Shown here: one piece after another, positions 36,207 through 45,899 of the stretch | How positions within the stretch are numbered: the stretch's first letter is position 1 | How the letters are laid out: each line of letters opens with the position of its first letter | DNA from: an uncultured Gammaproteobacteria bacterium | GTDB taxonomy: Bacteria; Patescibacteriota; Patescibacteriia; Magasanikbacterales; GWA2-37-8 | Length of the DNA: 64,000 nt | Direction: 5' to 3' | Assembly: GCA_964355175.1 (NCBI GenBank) | Contig: CAYHBZ010000002.1 | Span: 28,426-92,425, forward strand | The notes under the pieces: generated by a model | The model's input: only the letters and a program-made list of their open reading frames with translations | What the model was told of the DNA's origin: nothing | The model's database searches: none | Program-made: the position numbers and the translations under genes

Positions 36207-37997
36207 ATGAAACAATTTTTAACACTGAAAGTGTTTGGATTAGGCGCTCTGGTTATAGTTGTTTTGGGGGTAGCCGGTAGCCGTCTTTTTGCCGCACAAT
36301 CAAATAGTGAGGAGGAAAATATGCAGAAAAAATCGAAGGTTGTTGCTTTAAACGTGCCCGTAGAAACCGCAGCAGATAGTAACGCAGCAACCGTTGGAGC
36401 TTCGACCATATCCTGGCCAGGTGAAATACTTTCTACTGCTGATGTACAAATCTATCCGGCTCGAGAAGGACAAATTGCTGAATGGCGAGTACGATTAGGT
36501 AGTCCTGTTAGACAAGGTCAGGTGATTGGCAGATTAACTGCTGGTCCCGTAAGTACTGAACTGATAGCTCTTCTTGCTGATCGTCAGAAAGCTATTACTC
36601 AAGCTCGGGCTAACGTCGAAGCGACCGCGAATTATATTCAAACTTCTAAACAGAATCTTCAAGAGCTGAAGTTATCACTTGATCTAGCACGCGATGCGGC
36701 GGTAAAAGCCGCTGAGAATAATCTAGAAACATTAGTAGGTTCTGCTCCAGAGATAACATCAAGTACGACGTCTGCTTCGTCAACCCAGGGAATCTTGGCA
36801 AATAAACGGGATAAGGTGCGTGCACAAGCTCGTAAAATTCAAAACTATTATATTAATGCGATGAGTTTGAATTTTATAACTCTTAAGACCGATCAGTTAT
36901 ACGGAACATACAGTCTTAGAAAATACATCGGCATTCTAGATGCCAATACTATGAGTAACTTTGACAATACCGTTATAGCGCTGGGAAATGATCTCAAAAA
37001 TTCGGCTACCGTTCCTGATGCGTCTGTCTTTAATTTCCTTAAAGCAGCGCAAAGATTACTCCTGTCTACTCTAGCAACTGATGACGGATACGGCATTGCC
37101 GCTAGTAAGTTAGATGGCTTAAGAAACGATATCGGTACTGACCAAACTGAATTTCTTGACGTGCTTAATGAGTACAAAGAAGCTAAGGCATCTGTTGAGA
37201 ATGCCAAAGGTGTAAAAAATATTACTGTAGCTGATGCTGATGCTGTGTATGCTGAGAAAAAATCAGAACTTAATCAAAAAATTGCTGAGCTGGATCGAGA
37301 ACTCGCCTTAGCTCAGTCAGAGGTCGGCGCTGCCGAATCAGCCTACGGTTCCATCGCTTCTGGTATAGCGGGACAAAACATTGTGGCACCTAAAAGCGGT
37401 GTTGTATCAGTTGTCTTTAAGAATGTAGGTGACCAAGTATCACCGGATAGTCCATTAGCTGGTATTAGTAGTGCCCAAGCAACAGGCAGGTTTATTCGTT
37501 TCCGAATCCCGAGTGATATGCGCACGCCTATTACTGGTCAAGAAATTAAAGTCGAACGCCCTGGCTTCCCACTTGAAGGGAAAAAAGCAAAAATTGTAGG
37601 TGTTGGCTTGGCGCTAGATAGTAATGGAGCCTATGTAGCTGACGCTGAATTTTTGGAAAAGATCGATTGGCCAGTACATGCCTCAGTACGCGTCATCTCA
37701 GAAATGACTACACGATCCGTACTTGTTCCTTTTGCAGCGGTTTGGTGGAATGAAAAAGGTGAAGCGAATGTATGGTTGGTAATGGAAAATAATGTTATTC
37801 GTCCACGTGTGGTACATGTAGGAAGAGCTATTGGTGATCGTATAGAAATTGAAGAAGGGTTAGATGCGGGAGAGCGGTATGTCGCTAAAGCTATTCCAAC
37901 CTTAAAAACGGGACAGTCGATCACTGAACTTACGACGGTTAAAAAAGAAACCACTGAACCAGCTGGAGATGGTCATGGACATTCACATGGCGAATAA
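36207..37997 (+). CDS. RND efflux periplasmic adaptor (MFP) with long helical insert
   Basis: G.I....V.LG..V..GQ and IVAP.SGVV...VGD.V lipoyl halves; V.VG...G..IEI.EGL..GE; His tail. Confidence 0.85.
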   Translation: MKQFLTLKVFGLGALVIVVLGVAGSRLFAAQSNSEEENMQKKSKVVALNVPVETAADSNAATVGASTISWPGEILSTADVQIYPAREGQIAEWRVRLGSPVRQGQVIGRLTAGPVSTELIALLADRQKAITQARANVEATANYIQTSKQNLQELKLSLDLARDAAVKAAENNLETLVGSAPEITSSTTSASSTQGILANKRDKVRAQARKIQNYYINAMSLNFITLKTDQLYGTYSLRKYIGILDANTMSNFDNTVIALGNDLKNSATVPDASVFNFLKAAQRLLLSTLATDDGYGIAASKLDGLRNDIGTDQTEFLDVLNEYKEAKASVENAKGVKNITVADADAVYAEKKSELNQKIAELDRELALAQSEVGAAESAYGSIASGIAGQNIVAPKSGVVSVVFKNVGDQVSPDSPLAGISSAQATGRFIRFRIPSDMRTPITGQEIKVERPGFPLEGKKAKIVGVGLALDSNGAYVADAEFLEKIDWPVHASVRVISEMTTRSVLVPFAAVWWNEKGEANVWLVMENNVIRPRVVHVGRAIGDRIEIEEGLDAGERYVAKAIPTLKTGQSITELTTVKKETTEPAGDGHGHSHGE

Positions 37998-38006
37998 TCC
38001 ATTATT

Positions 38007-41000
38007 ATGCTCAATAAAATTATTCTATGGGCGATTAATCATCGCTGGTTTACCGTCATTCTTTCAGTCGGTGTTGCTTTAGTTGGAACCTGGAGTTTGT
38101 CCACGATGCGAGTAGATGTGCTTCCCGATGTGAATAAACCAACAGTAGCTATATTTGCTGAAGGGGAAGGGCTTGCACCGGAAGAGATTGAACGTCTTAT
38201 CTTAATCCCTATTGAGGCAGCTGTAGCGGGTGCGCCTGGTGTAGAACGCGTGCGCGGCACCGCTTCCTTTGGTTTGTCTATCGTGCAGGTTGAATTTGAG
38301 TGGGGATCAGATGTGTATCGTAATCGACAAATTATCCAGGAACGCCTAGCACAGCTTAACTTACCAAGCGATGTAAAGCCAGTGCTTGGGCCTGTAGCCT
38401 CAGTAATGGGTGAGATCATGTGGGCTGGTTTATCAGCCAATAACCCAAAGATTGATGGAATGCAACTCCGCACACTTGCTGATTGGACTATTCGACCTGC
38501 GCTCCTTCGCGTTCCTGGTGTTTCCGATGTCATTATATTAGGCGGTGATGTACGGGAGTGGCAGATTAATCTCAATGCCGAGCGAATGCGGCGCTATAAT
38601 ATTACGATTGATCAGGTGGTAGAGCACGTGGCGGGTGCGCTTAAAAATCGAGGTGGTGGTATTTTGGTGCAAGGACAGCAGGAATATCCTATTCGGATTT
38701 TAGTTGCACCAAGTAACATCAATGAAATTAAAGAAATTGGTATTGGTAAACTTGATGAAAAACCGGTACGGTTGGCAGATATTGCCCAAGTGGTTGAGGG
38801 CGCAAGCCCTGTTCGTGGTAGTGCGACTATAGATGGCAAGCCCGGAGTTATCCTGCGTATTGTTAAGCAGCCAGAGGCTGAAACATTGACCGTTACTAAA
38901 GCTGTAGATGAGGCCTTAATCACCTTGCAAAAAACCTTGCCGGAAGGAACTGAACTAAAAAATGATCTTTTCCGACAGGAATGGTTTATACATGCTGGCT
39001 TGAGTAACGTAATGGAAGCGTTGCGTGATGGCACAATTCTTGTAATTATCATTCTGGCTCTCTTCTTGATGAACGTGCGTACGACCGTGATTACCTTGAC
39101 GGCCATTCCGATGAGTATCTTGGTTACCGCAATAGTCTTCAAATCGTTTGGATTTTCGGTGAACGTCATGACGCTTGGTGGCATTGCGGTAGCAATTGGC
39201 GAACTGGTTGACGACGCAATTGTGGATGTGGAAAATGTGTTCCACCGTATGAAAGATTGGATAAAGAATGGTCGGAAAGAACCATTCAAGGATGTGGTTT
39301 TTCGCGCTTCGAGTGAAGTGCGAAATTCAATTGTCTATGCTACTATTTTGGTTGCGATTGTTTTCCTTCCTGTCTTTTTCATACCTGGAGTAGAAGGACG
39401 ACTGCTTGCTCCACTTGGACTTGCATACCTTATCTCACTGGTTGCTTCACTGGCCGTGTCCTTAACCTTAACGCCCGCTCTCTGTACTATTCTCCTCGGA
39501 AAAACTACAGCAGGAAAAGACGAAGATACTCGTTTGGTGCAGTGGATTAAACGGCGTATGACCCCGGGCATTCGATGGAGTATTGCCAATCCAAAGCTTA
39601 TGATGGCGGGTGTCGCAGTGAGCTTAATCATCGCGGGTGGCCTCTACTCCTTTGCTGGCAAAGAGGGTATTCCGCCGTTTAATGAGGGCGCTGTTACTAT
39701 CGGGGTCGTCATGCCGGTTGGCACTGATCTTGAAACCTCTAATGCTTTTGCTTCAAAAGTTGAAGATGCTATTGGCAAAATTTCTGGAGTACAACGTGTG
39801 AGCCACTCAACCGGCCGTGCTGGTGCCGATCCGCACGATAGCGGAGCTAATACCAGTGAAATCCAAGTTGCCTTTAAGCCAGGGCTTGAAAAAGAGCGAA
39901 AGCGTCTCTTTGCCGATATCCAAAAAGTACTTGATAGCTATACCGATGCTGATTTTGGCTTAGGGCAACCAATTACTCACAAACTTGAAGAATTACTCTC
40001 TGGCGTTCGTGCCCCCATAGTGGTTAAAGTCTTTGGAGATGATTTGGTTTCTTTACGGCTTGCTGCAGCACAAGTGAGAGATGAGTTAGCGAAACAGGCA
40101 GGAGTTACCAATGCTCAAGTACAACGTGAAGTAATGGTTCCTGAATTCCGTATTTATCCCAATCGCAACCGATTAGCACAACTTGGTCTTTCAAGTGGTG
40201 AAACAGCGGAAGTGCTGGAAAAAGGTTTGCTTGGTGCGCAAGTTGGTCAAGTGCAACTTGGATCATCCCGTGTTGATGTGGTAGCTCGTTTTGATATTAC
40301 TTCACGCGGTAATGCTTCTGCCCTCCGCGATTTGGCATTGCCTGTAGAAGGCATTGAGTCGCTTGGCGAAGCAGCTGACATACGTTTGGAAGCTGGTCGT
40401 AATCGTTTAAGTCATGAAGGCGGGAGACGTGTATTAGTGGTAAGCGCCAATTACCAAGGAAAAGATATTGTGGGAGCGGTCGAAAATGCAAAACAATCAC
40501 TCGAATCACAACAACTGCCTTCCGATGTTTCGCTCTCATATGAAGGAACTTACAAAAGCCAAAAAGAAAACAGCCAACGCCTCATCATCCTATTTATTAT
40601 TGGGCTTGGCCTTATCTTCGGCGTGCTCTACCACGCCTTCCGCTCAACACCGATTATCTTACAGATCATGATCAATATTCCTACGGCATTTATTGGCGGT
40701 ATGATTGGAGTATGGCTTACGGGTGGTGTGGTAAGTTTGGCACATATGATCGGTTTTATCTCGTTAGCAGGTATTGTTTCACGCAACGGTATTATGCTTA
40801 TAACACACTGTTTACACTTGGTGAAGCAAGAAAAACTACCGTTTGTGCCAGATACTATTATTAAAGGGACACTTGATCGTGTAGTGCCCGTACTCATGAC
40901 TGCGCTCACTGCGCTCTTAGCACTCATTCCTTTCTTGCTAGCTGGTGAAGACCCCGGTAAAGAGATGTTGCATCCATTAGCAGTAGTTATTTTTGGTGGA

Positions 41001-41096
41001 TTAACTTCTTCAACAATCATTTCACTGTTCTTGACCCCATCGTTGTTCTATCGGTTTGGTAAGAATGTAGTTAGTGCTGATTCTGAAGTAATATAA
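38007..41096 (+). CDS. CusA/CzcA family heavy-metal RND transporter
   Basis: DVLPD, GIAVAIGELVDDAIVDVEN, GIVSRNG, R..PVLMTA, PLAVVIFGG; 1029 aa. Confidence 0.95.
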   Translation: MLNKIILWAINHRWFTVILSVGVALVGTWSLSTMRVDVLPDVNKPTVAIFAEGEGLAPEEIERLILIPIEAAVAGAPGVERVRGTASFGLSIVQVEFEWGSDVYRNRQIIQERLAQLNLPSDVKPVLGPVASVMGEIMWAGLSANNPKIDGMQLRTLADWTIRPALLRVPGVSDVIILGGDVREWQINLNAERMRRYNITIDQVVEHVAGALKNRGGGILVQGQQEYPIRILVAPSNINEIKEIGIGKLDEKPVRLADIAQVVEGASPVRGSATIDGKPGVILRIVKQPEAETLTVTKAVDEALITLQKTLPEGTELKNDLFRQEWFIHAGLSNVMEALRDGTILVIIILALFLMNVRTTVITLTAIPMSILVTAIVFKSFGFSVNVMTLGGIAVAIGELVDDAIVDVENVFHRMKDWIKNGRKEPFKDVVFRASSEVRNSIVYATILVAIVFLPVFFIPGVEGRLLAPLGLAYLISLVASLAVSLTLTPALCTILLGKTTAGKDEDTRLVQWIKRRMTPGIRWSIANPKLMMAGVAVSLIIAGGLYSFAGKEGIPPFNEGAVTIGVVMPVGTDLETSNAFASKVEDAIGKISGVQRVSHSTGRAGADPHDSGANTSEIQVAFKPGLEKERKRLFADIQKVLDSYTDADFGLGQPITHKLEELLSGVRAPIVVKVFGDDLVSLRLAAAQVRDELAKQAGVTNAQVQREVMVPEFRIYPNRNRLAQLGLSSGETAEVLEKGLLGAQVGQVQLGSSRVDVVARFDITSRGNASALRDLALPVEGIESLGEAADIRLEAGRNRLSHEGGRRVLVVSANYQGKDIVGAVENAKQSLESQQLPSDVSLSYEGTYKSQKENSQRLIILFIIGLGLIFGVLYHAFRSTPIILQIMINIPTAFIGGMIGVWLTGGVVSLAHMIGFISLAGIVSRNGIMLITHCLHLVKQEKLPFVPDTIIKGTLDRVVPVLMTALTALLALIPFLLAGEDPGKEMLHPLAVVIFGGLTSSTIISLFLTPSLFYRFGKNVVSADSEVI

Positions 41097-41108
41097 TTAA
41101 GTATGAAT

Positions 41109-41139
41109 AGTCCCCGGTGGAATAACCCCGGGGACTTTT
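41109..41139 (+). terminator. Terminator after the RND gene
   Basis: AGTCCCCGG...CCGGGGACTTTT. Confidence 0.8.
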
Positions 41140-41256
41140 CTATGCAAATTGACAAATGCCTTAAAATAAGGCAATCTCGGTGCGAACTTGGTCTACGACA
41201 CACCGCATTAAAATTACCTTGAAAATTGAAGGTAATTTTGTTATATTACTGCTATT

Positions 41257-42288
41257 ATGTCTATAATAAATAAAATTGAGATGCGGGAGGTACTGTCAGT
41301 TCTAGTCCTTTATGGACTTAATTTAGATAATTTAAAAATTGTCAGGGATACCAATGGTTTTGTAAACAAAATATATTTTATTACTATCGGGAAAACAAAA
41401 TTGGTTTTGCGTAAATCCAATCCAACCACTTCTTTGGCACATATTAAATTGGAAGTGAAACTGTTGGAGTACCTAGCTTCCCATCATTTTGCCGCCACCC
41501 CTCAAATCGTTCGCAACTTAAATGGAGAAGATATAACTGTGTATAACAAAGTTTTTTTTACGGTGCAAACTTTTATGCCCGGTAGCATCAAGGCTAGTTG
41601 GAATAATCTAAAAGGTTTTACTCCTAAGAGAATTGAGAATTTTTTTAAAACAATTGCGTCTTTTGGCATAGCGGTGGAAAAATTTTCTCGTTTAAATAGT
41701 GTGGCCAATAAGCCCTTATGGTATTTTGTAAAAAATGGGCCAACCTTACTTCGTAAATTATACAAAAGTTTGCCGGAATCGACCGCTAAAAAATTAATTT
41801 TAAAAAATTATCAAGATATTTTAAGATTTATTGCGCAGACACGTAAAGAATTCATACAAACAGATTATGACTCCTTGCCAAAACAATTAGTGCATTTTGA
41901 TTTTCACCCCGGTAATGTGAATTATGTTAATAATAAAGTAGTAGCTCTATTTGATTTTGATTGGGCGCGCCATGACTCTCGGTTTAGTGATTTGGCTTCT
42001 GGAATTGGGCAATCGTGCTATTATTATGGCGGTAAACTAGGAGGTCAATTTAGAAAAGATAGGATAAAGCTTGCTTTAAGTAGTTATCAAAAGGCATATG
42101 GTGAAAGCCCTTTTAGCGTTAAAAAAGAGAATGAGTATATCAAAGTGGCATTAAGAGGATATGCGATCTATATATTTTTTTGGGCTGTAGAGCTGTATGA
42201 AGAAAATCCAACTGGAGAAAATTTCTTGGTGTTGGATCATTTTCTTAAAATATTGCTCTTGAATGATTATGATCGATTGTTTAACTAG
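41257..42288 (+). CDS. APH/homoserine kinase type II family phosphotransferase
   Basis: GFVNK.Y, LVHFDFHPGNV, FDFD motifs. Confidence 0.85.
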   Translation: MSIINKIEMREVLSVLVLYGLNLDNLKIVRDTNGFVNKIYFITIGKTKLVLRKSNPTTSLAHIKLEVKLLEYLASHHFAATPQIVRNLNGEDITVYNKVFFTVQTFMPGSIKASWNNLKGFTPKRIENFFKTIASFGIAVEKFSRLNSVANKPLWYFVKNGPTLLRKLYKSLPESTAKKLILKNYQDILRFIAQTRKEFIQTDYDSLPKQLVHFDFHPGNVNYVNNKVVALFDFDWARHDSRFSDLASGIGQSCYYYGGKLGGQFRKDRIKLALSSYQKAYGESPFSVKKENEYIKVALRGYAIYIFFWAVELYEENPTGENFLVLDHFLKILLLNDYDRLFN

Positions 42289-42395
42289 AAAAAATTATTT
42301 TTAAATCTCTTCATTTTCTGCATACAGTTCCATCTACCTAAACTTGCCAATACTGTGGACAAATCCAGGTTTTTTATATATGATGTCCTTATCTT

Positions 42396-42485
42396 GGAGA
42401 GGTGTCTGAGTGGTTGAAAGTGCCGCTCTCGAAAAGCGGTAGGCCAGCGATGGTCTCGTGGGTTCGACTCCCACCCTCTCCGCCA
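42396..42485 (+). tRNA. tRNA-Ser(CGA)
   Basis: GGAGAGG/CCTCTCC acceptor, CCGCT-CTCGAAA-AGCGG, long variable arm, encoded CCA. Confidence 0.96.
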
Positions 42486-42571
42486 AGCCAAAAACTCCTT
42501 TTTAATTAAGGAGTTTTTTTGTTTTAGTTTTTGTGGTATAATTAAATTATTAATTTAATTAATATATTCAT

Positions 42572-42634
42572 ATGGCCAAAGGAAACAATTCCCAAAAGAA
42601 AGAAAAAAAGAAACCAAAAAAGAACAAAAAATAA
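42572..42634 (+). CDS. 20-aa Lys-rich small protein MAKGNNSQKKEKKKPKKNKK
   Basis: TGGTATAAT extended -10 upstream; hairpin AGTCCACC...GGTGGATTTTT downstream. Confidence 0.6.
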   Translation: MAKGNNSQKKEKKKPKKNKK

Positions 42635-42722
42635 TTTTGCAAAGTCCACCTTCAGGGGTGGATTTTTGTTTTTAGTTGTTTTAGGCTTTTTTATGTTATA
42701 ATAATAAAAATAATATTTCATT

Positions 42723-43202
42723 ATGTTTAAATTTATCAAAGCAATATTTGGTCTAATCTTAATTTTGTTAGTAGTTTCTTTTTTGAGAACCTGGCAGGTG
42801 GAACATTCGGCCAACCAGGCGATATTTTTTGCGGGCCAATCGCCGAAGCTTGCTCCGGATGGATTGTATAAAGGGACGGTGGATGGTCGCAAGGTTTCCT
42901 GGCAAGGAAAAAAGTTTAATGCTACCAATCACTCCGGTATAAATATTTTTGAAAACGCGCAAGGCAATGAAGTCGAAAAATATCCGTTTGTTACGGCCTA
43001 TGGCCCTGGTTTGCGTGACAAAAATTTGGAAGTTTTTAAAATTGATTATGATATCGCCGGTAATCCTTTTTGGTTACGCTCTATCTTGGATGAAATTGTG
43101 CAAATAAGCCCGACTGAGTATCTGGGCAAAGTCCATGTGCGGATAATACCAGGACTGCCATTTACCTATGGGTTTTTTAAATTGTCTTCGCCGAATAAAT
43201 AG
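42723..43202 (+). CDS. Hypothetical protein with N-terminal membrane anchor
   Basis: 159-aa ORF; WQGKKF, DYD..GNP, DEIVQ, YLGK look like a conserved family I cannot name. Confidence 0.7.
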   Translation: MFKFIKAIFGLILILLVVSFLRTWQVEHSANQAIFFAGQSPKLAPDGLYKGTVDGRKVSWQGKKFNATNHSGINIFENAQGNEVEKYPFVTAYGPGLRDKNLEVFKIDYDIAGNPFWLRSILDEIVQISPTEYLGKVHVRIIPGLPFTYGFFKLSSPNK

Positions 43203-43281
43203 TGTTCAATCATAAAAAACAGCCTGTTCAAAGGGCTGTTTTTATTATATAATAAATTGGATTAAATCCTTTATTTACCGT

Positions 43282-43722
43282 ATGACTATACAGTCCATAG
43301 ATGTTAAATTTATTAATTTTGCCAAGGAGATTTCAATGCCGTTCGCGCGCTTTTCTATATTTATAGTATTTTTTTGGTTTGGAATTTTGAAGGTCTTGGG
43401 ATTTAGCCCGGCTTCCGGTTTGGTGAAGGATTTATTGTCGCGCACTATTCCATTTGTCCAACCTGATCAGTTTGTGGTAGGGTTTGGTTTTTTTGAAATG
43501 ATTATTGGTGTATTATTTCTTATCAAGGGACTGGAAAGATTGGTAATCCCGATGCTTTTGGCGCATATGATGACTACTGTGATGCCGTTATTTTTATTAT
43601 CGTCTCAGACCTGGTCGCAATTTTTGGTGCCAACCTTGGAGGGGCAATATATTATAAAAAATATGGTAATTATTGCTGTCTCAATTGGTATCGCCGCCCA
43701 CCTGCACCCATTGAAAAAATAA
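43282..43722 (+). CDS. DoxX/DUF417-like membrane protein
   Basis: FFWFGILK...SPA, G.FE..IG, TLEGQYIIKN. Confidence 0.8.
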   Translation: MTIQSIDVKFINFAKEISMPFARFSIFIVFFWFGILKVLGFSPASGLVKDLLSRTIPFVQPDQFVVGFGFFEMIIGVLFLIKGLERLVIPMLLAHMMTTVMPLFLLSSQTWSQFLVPTLEGQYIIKNMVIIAVSIGIAAHLHPLKK

Positions 43723-43732
43723 TTTTTCGATT

Positions 43733-44623
43733 ATGTCTTGGATATTTTTAGTGCTGGCTTCTCATTTTTCTTGGGCGATAGAAAATGTTTATACGAAAGT
43801 AGTGATTGGATCAAAAGTAAAAAATCCTTATGTTTTTCTGATCTTAATAATGGTTTTGAGTGTGATATCTCTTCCGTTTATCCCTCATCGTTATATTTTT
43901 ATACCTACTACTCCACTCATAGGGTGGCTGTTGTTGGCCAGCGCGCTTTATACTCTAGGGACACTTCCTTATATTAAGGCTATGAAAATAGAAGAAGTGA
44001 CGCGTCTTAATATATTATGGAACACGATTCCAATTTTTACTTTAATATTGGGATGGCTTTTAATTGGGGACAAGATTTCCGGACGAGAGCTAGTGGCAAT
44101 GTTGTTTTTGATCAGTGGTGCGGTGGTAGCATCGTTAAAAAATGAAGCCTCCTCTTTTAAATTGTCCAAAGCTTTTTGGCTCATGATTGTCGCTTGTATT
44201 TTGTATTCTGCTTATGCAGTGGTAATCCGTTTTCTTACCAAAGAATTAAGTTTTTATTCGATTTTTTTCTGGGTAACATTACTGAATGCTCTGATGGTAT
44301 TGGTTTGTTTGGGTTATCGCGAGGTGCGTAATGATTTGGTGAAAGATGTTAAGAATGGTTCCGTAAAGTTTTTTTTGATATTTTTGGCAGTGGTGGCTAT
44401 AACCAATGTCGGCACTTTATTCAACCAATGGGCGCTATCCCTAAAACCAGGGTCACTGGTTTATTCATTTGAAGGTTTTCAAGTGTTGTTTGTATTCCTT
44501 TTATCGCTTGTAGCCGCCAAAATATTTCCTGGATTTATTGCCGAATCTTTGGATAAGAAAAATTTGATTATAAAATTGACCGCTTTTTTGATAGTGATGG
44601 TTGGTTTAATTTTGTTGACATAG
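43733..44623 (+). CDS. EamA/DMT family transporter
   Basis: Ten TM helices in two repeats; PIFT.ILG.LLIGDKI. Confidence 0.85.
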   Translation: MSWIFLVLASHFSWAIENVYTKVVIGSKVKNPYVFLILIMVLSVISLPFIPHRYIFIPTTPLIGWLLLASALYTLGTLPYIKAMKIEEVTRLNILWNTIPIFTLILGWLLIGDKISGRELVAMLFLISGAVVASLKNEASSFKLSKAFWLMIVACILYSAYAVVIRFLTKELSFYSIFFWVTLLNALMVLVCLGYREVRNDLVKDVKNGSVKFFLIFLAVVAITNVGTLFNQWALSLKPGSLVYSFEGFQVLFVFLLSLVAAKIFPGFIAESLDKKNLIIKLTAFLIVMVGLILLT

Positions 44624-44627
44624 TTGT

Positions 44628-45179
44628 GTGCAGATAGTTATTGATAATTACAAAATAGATTATACTTTTAAGCGTTTGCGTCGGTCGCGTTCTTTGCGCA
44701 TCTCCGTGAGAAGAGATGGTAAGGTTGCTGTGACCGCCCCGCTGTTTGTTTCGGCCAAGCAAGCGGAAAAGTTTTTATCGCATAATGCGAATTGGGTTTT
44801 GGAAAAATTGAGACAACATGCAGATAAAGCTGAGAAAAGTATTTTTCCTTCTGGCAATAAAGATTTTTTGCTCAATAAAAGTAAGGCTTTGCATTTGGTG
44901 CGCGATAAAATCGCCGAGCTCAACGCCGTGTATGGTTTTAAACACGGCAAGGTAAGTATAAAAAATATGAGCAGTCGCTGGGGCAGTTGTTCCAAACAGG
45001 GAAATTTGAATTTTAATTATAAAATGATATACTTGTCCAATGAGTTGGCGGAGTATATTGTGGCGCATGAGCTGTCACATTTATCCCAGATGAATCACGG
45101 CCGGAATTTTTGGAAATTGGTGGCGCGTACGATTCCGCATTGGCAAATTTTAAGAAAACAATTAAAAAATATTAATTAA
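44628..45179 (+). CDS. YgjP/DUF45 (SprT-like) zinc metalloprotease
   Basis: SRWGSCS, YIVAHELSHL..MNHG..FW. Confidence 0.9.
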   Translation: MQIVIDNYKIDYTFKRLRRSRSLRISVRRDGKVAVTAPLFVSAKQAEKFLSHNANWVLEKLRQHADKAEKSIFPSGNKDFLLNKSKALHLVRDKIAELNAVYGFKHGKVSIKNMSSRWGSCSKQGNLNFNYKMIYLSNELAEYIVAHELSHLSQMNHGRNFWKLVARTIPHWQILRKQLKNIN

Positions 45180-45185
45180 TTTTTT

Positions 45186-45899
45186 ATGGAAAAGAAATTT
45201 TTGATAATACCGGTAATGTTGTTGGTGTCACCTTTTTTGGCCGGCTGTGGCGCCAAAATAGAAACAAAAAATCCAGATAAACCGGAGCAGAGCCAGGTCT
45301 TGAATTATGCTACGAGTACTGGTAATATGCTAGAAGCCAACACTGGCCAGGCAGTAGCTAATAAAACTATTACTTCCACTAATAATTTAAATAAGAAAAA
45401 AACTATGGAAAATTTTGATGAGAAAAAGCAATATTTGGCCGAGGTCCACACTAGTAACGGTGACTTTACCATTACTTTTAATTTAGGTCAGACACCAAAG
45501 ACAGTAGAAAATTTTGTTACTTTGGCGCGTAAAGGATTTTATGACAAGACTGTTTTTCATCGTGTGATTAAGGGTTTTATGATCCAAGGCGGCGATCCAT
45601 TGGGTAATGGCACTGGTGGCCCGGGATACAAATTTGCCGATGAAAAATTTGATGGAGAATATACTCGCGGTACAGTAGCGATGGCAAATTCCGGTCCAAA
45701 CACCAACGGCAGTCAATTCTTTGTTATGCATGCCGATTATCCCCTGCCTCCAAACTATGTAATTTTTGGAAAAGTCACTAGCGGTATGGATGCGGTAGAT
45801 AAAATTGCTGAAAGTCAGGTAAAACCAGGAATGTTTGGAGAAGCCTCTACACCGGTGAATCCAACTGTGATAATGTCTGTTGAAATTAAGGAAGAATAA
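45186..45899 (+). CDS. Cyclophilin-type peptidyl-prolyl isomerase, lipoprotein
   Basis: LAGC lipobox; FHRVIKGFMIQGGDP, AMANSGPNTNGSQFF. Confidence 0.95.
   Translation: MEKKFLIIPVMLLVSPFLAGCGAKIETKNPDKPEQSQVLNYATSTGNMLEANTGQAVANKTITSTNNLNKKKTMENFDEKKQYLAEVHTSNGDFTITFNLGQTPKTVENFVTLARKGFYDKTVFHRVIKGFMIQGGDPLGNGTGGPGYKFADEKFDGEYTRGTVAMANSGPNTNGSQFFVMHADYPLPPNYVIFGKVTSGMDAVDKIAESQVKPGMFGEASTPVNPTVIMSVEIKEE

Noticed and set aside
38039-41020. Minus-strand ORFs of up to 225 aa inside the RND gene
   Set aside because: Antisense shadow frames of a clear CusA/CzcA-family gene.
25847-42485. tRNA-Ser attL/attR duplication flanking the accessory region
   Set aside because: Both ends are complete tRNA-Ser genes with different anticodons. 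The shared 3' sequence is ordinary isoacceptor similarity, and no integrase is present.
42285-42491. 68-aa minus-strand ORF (similar cases at 20360-20593, 47225-47431 and 47273-47491)
   Set aside because: They overlap tRNA genes and are translations of tRNA sequence.
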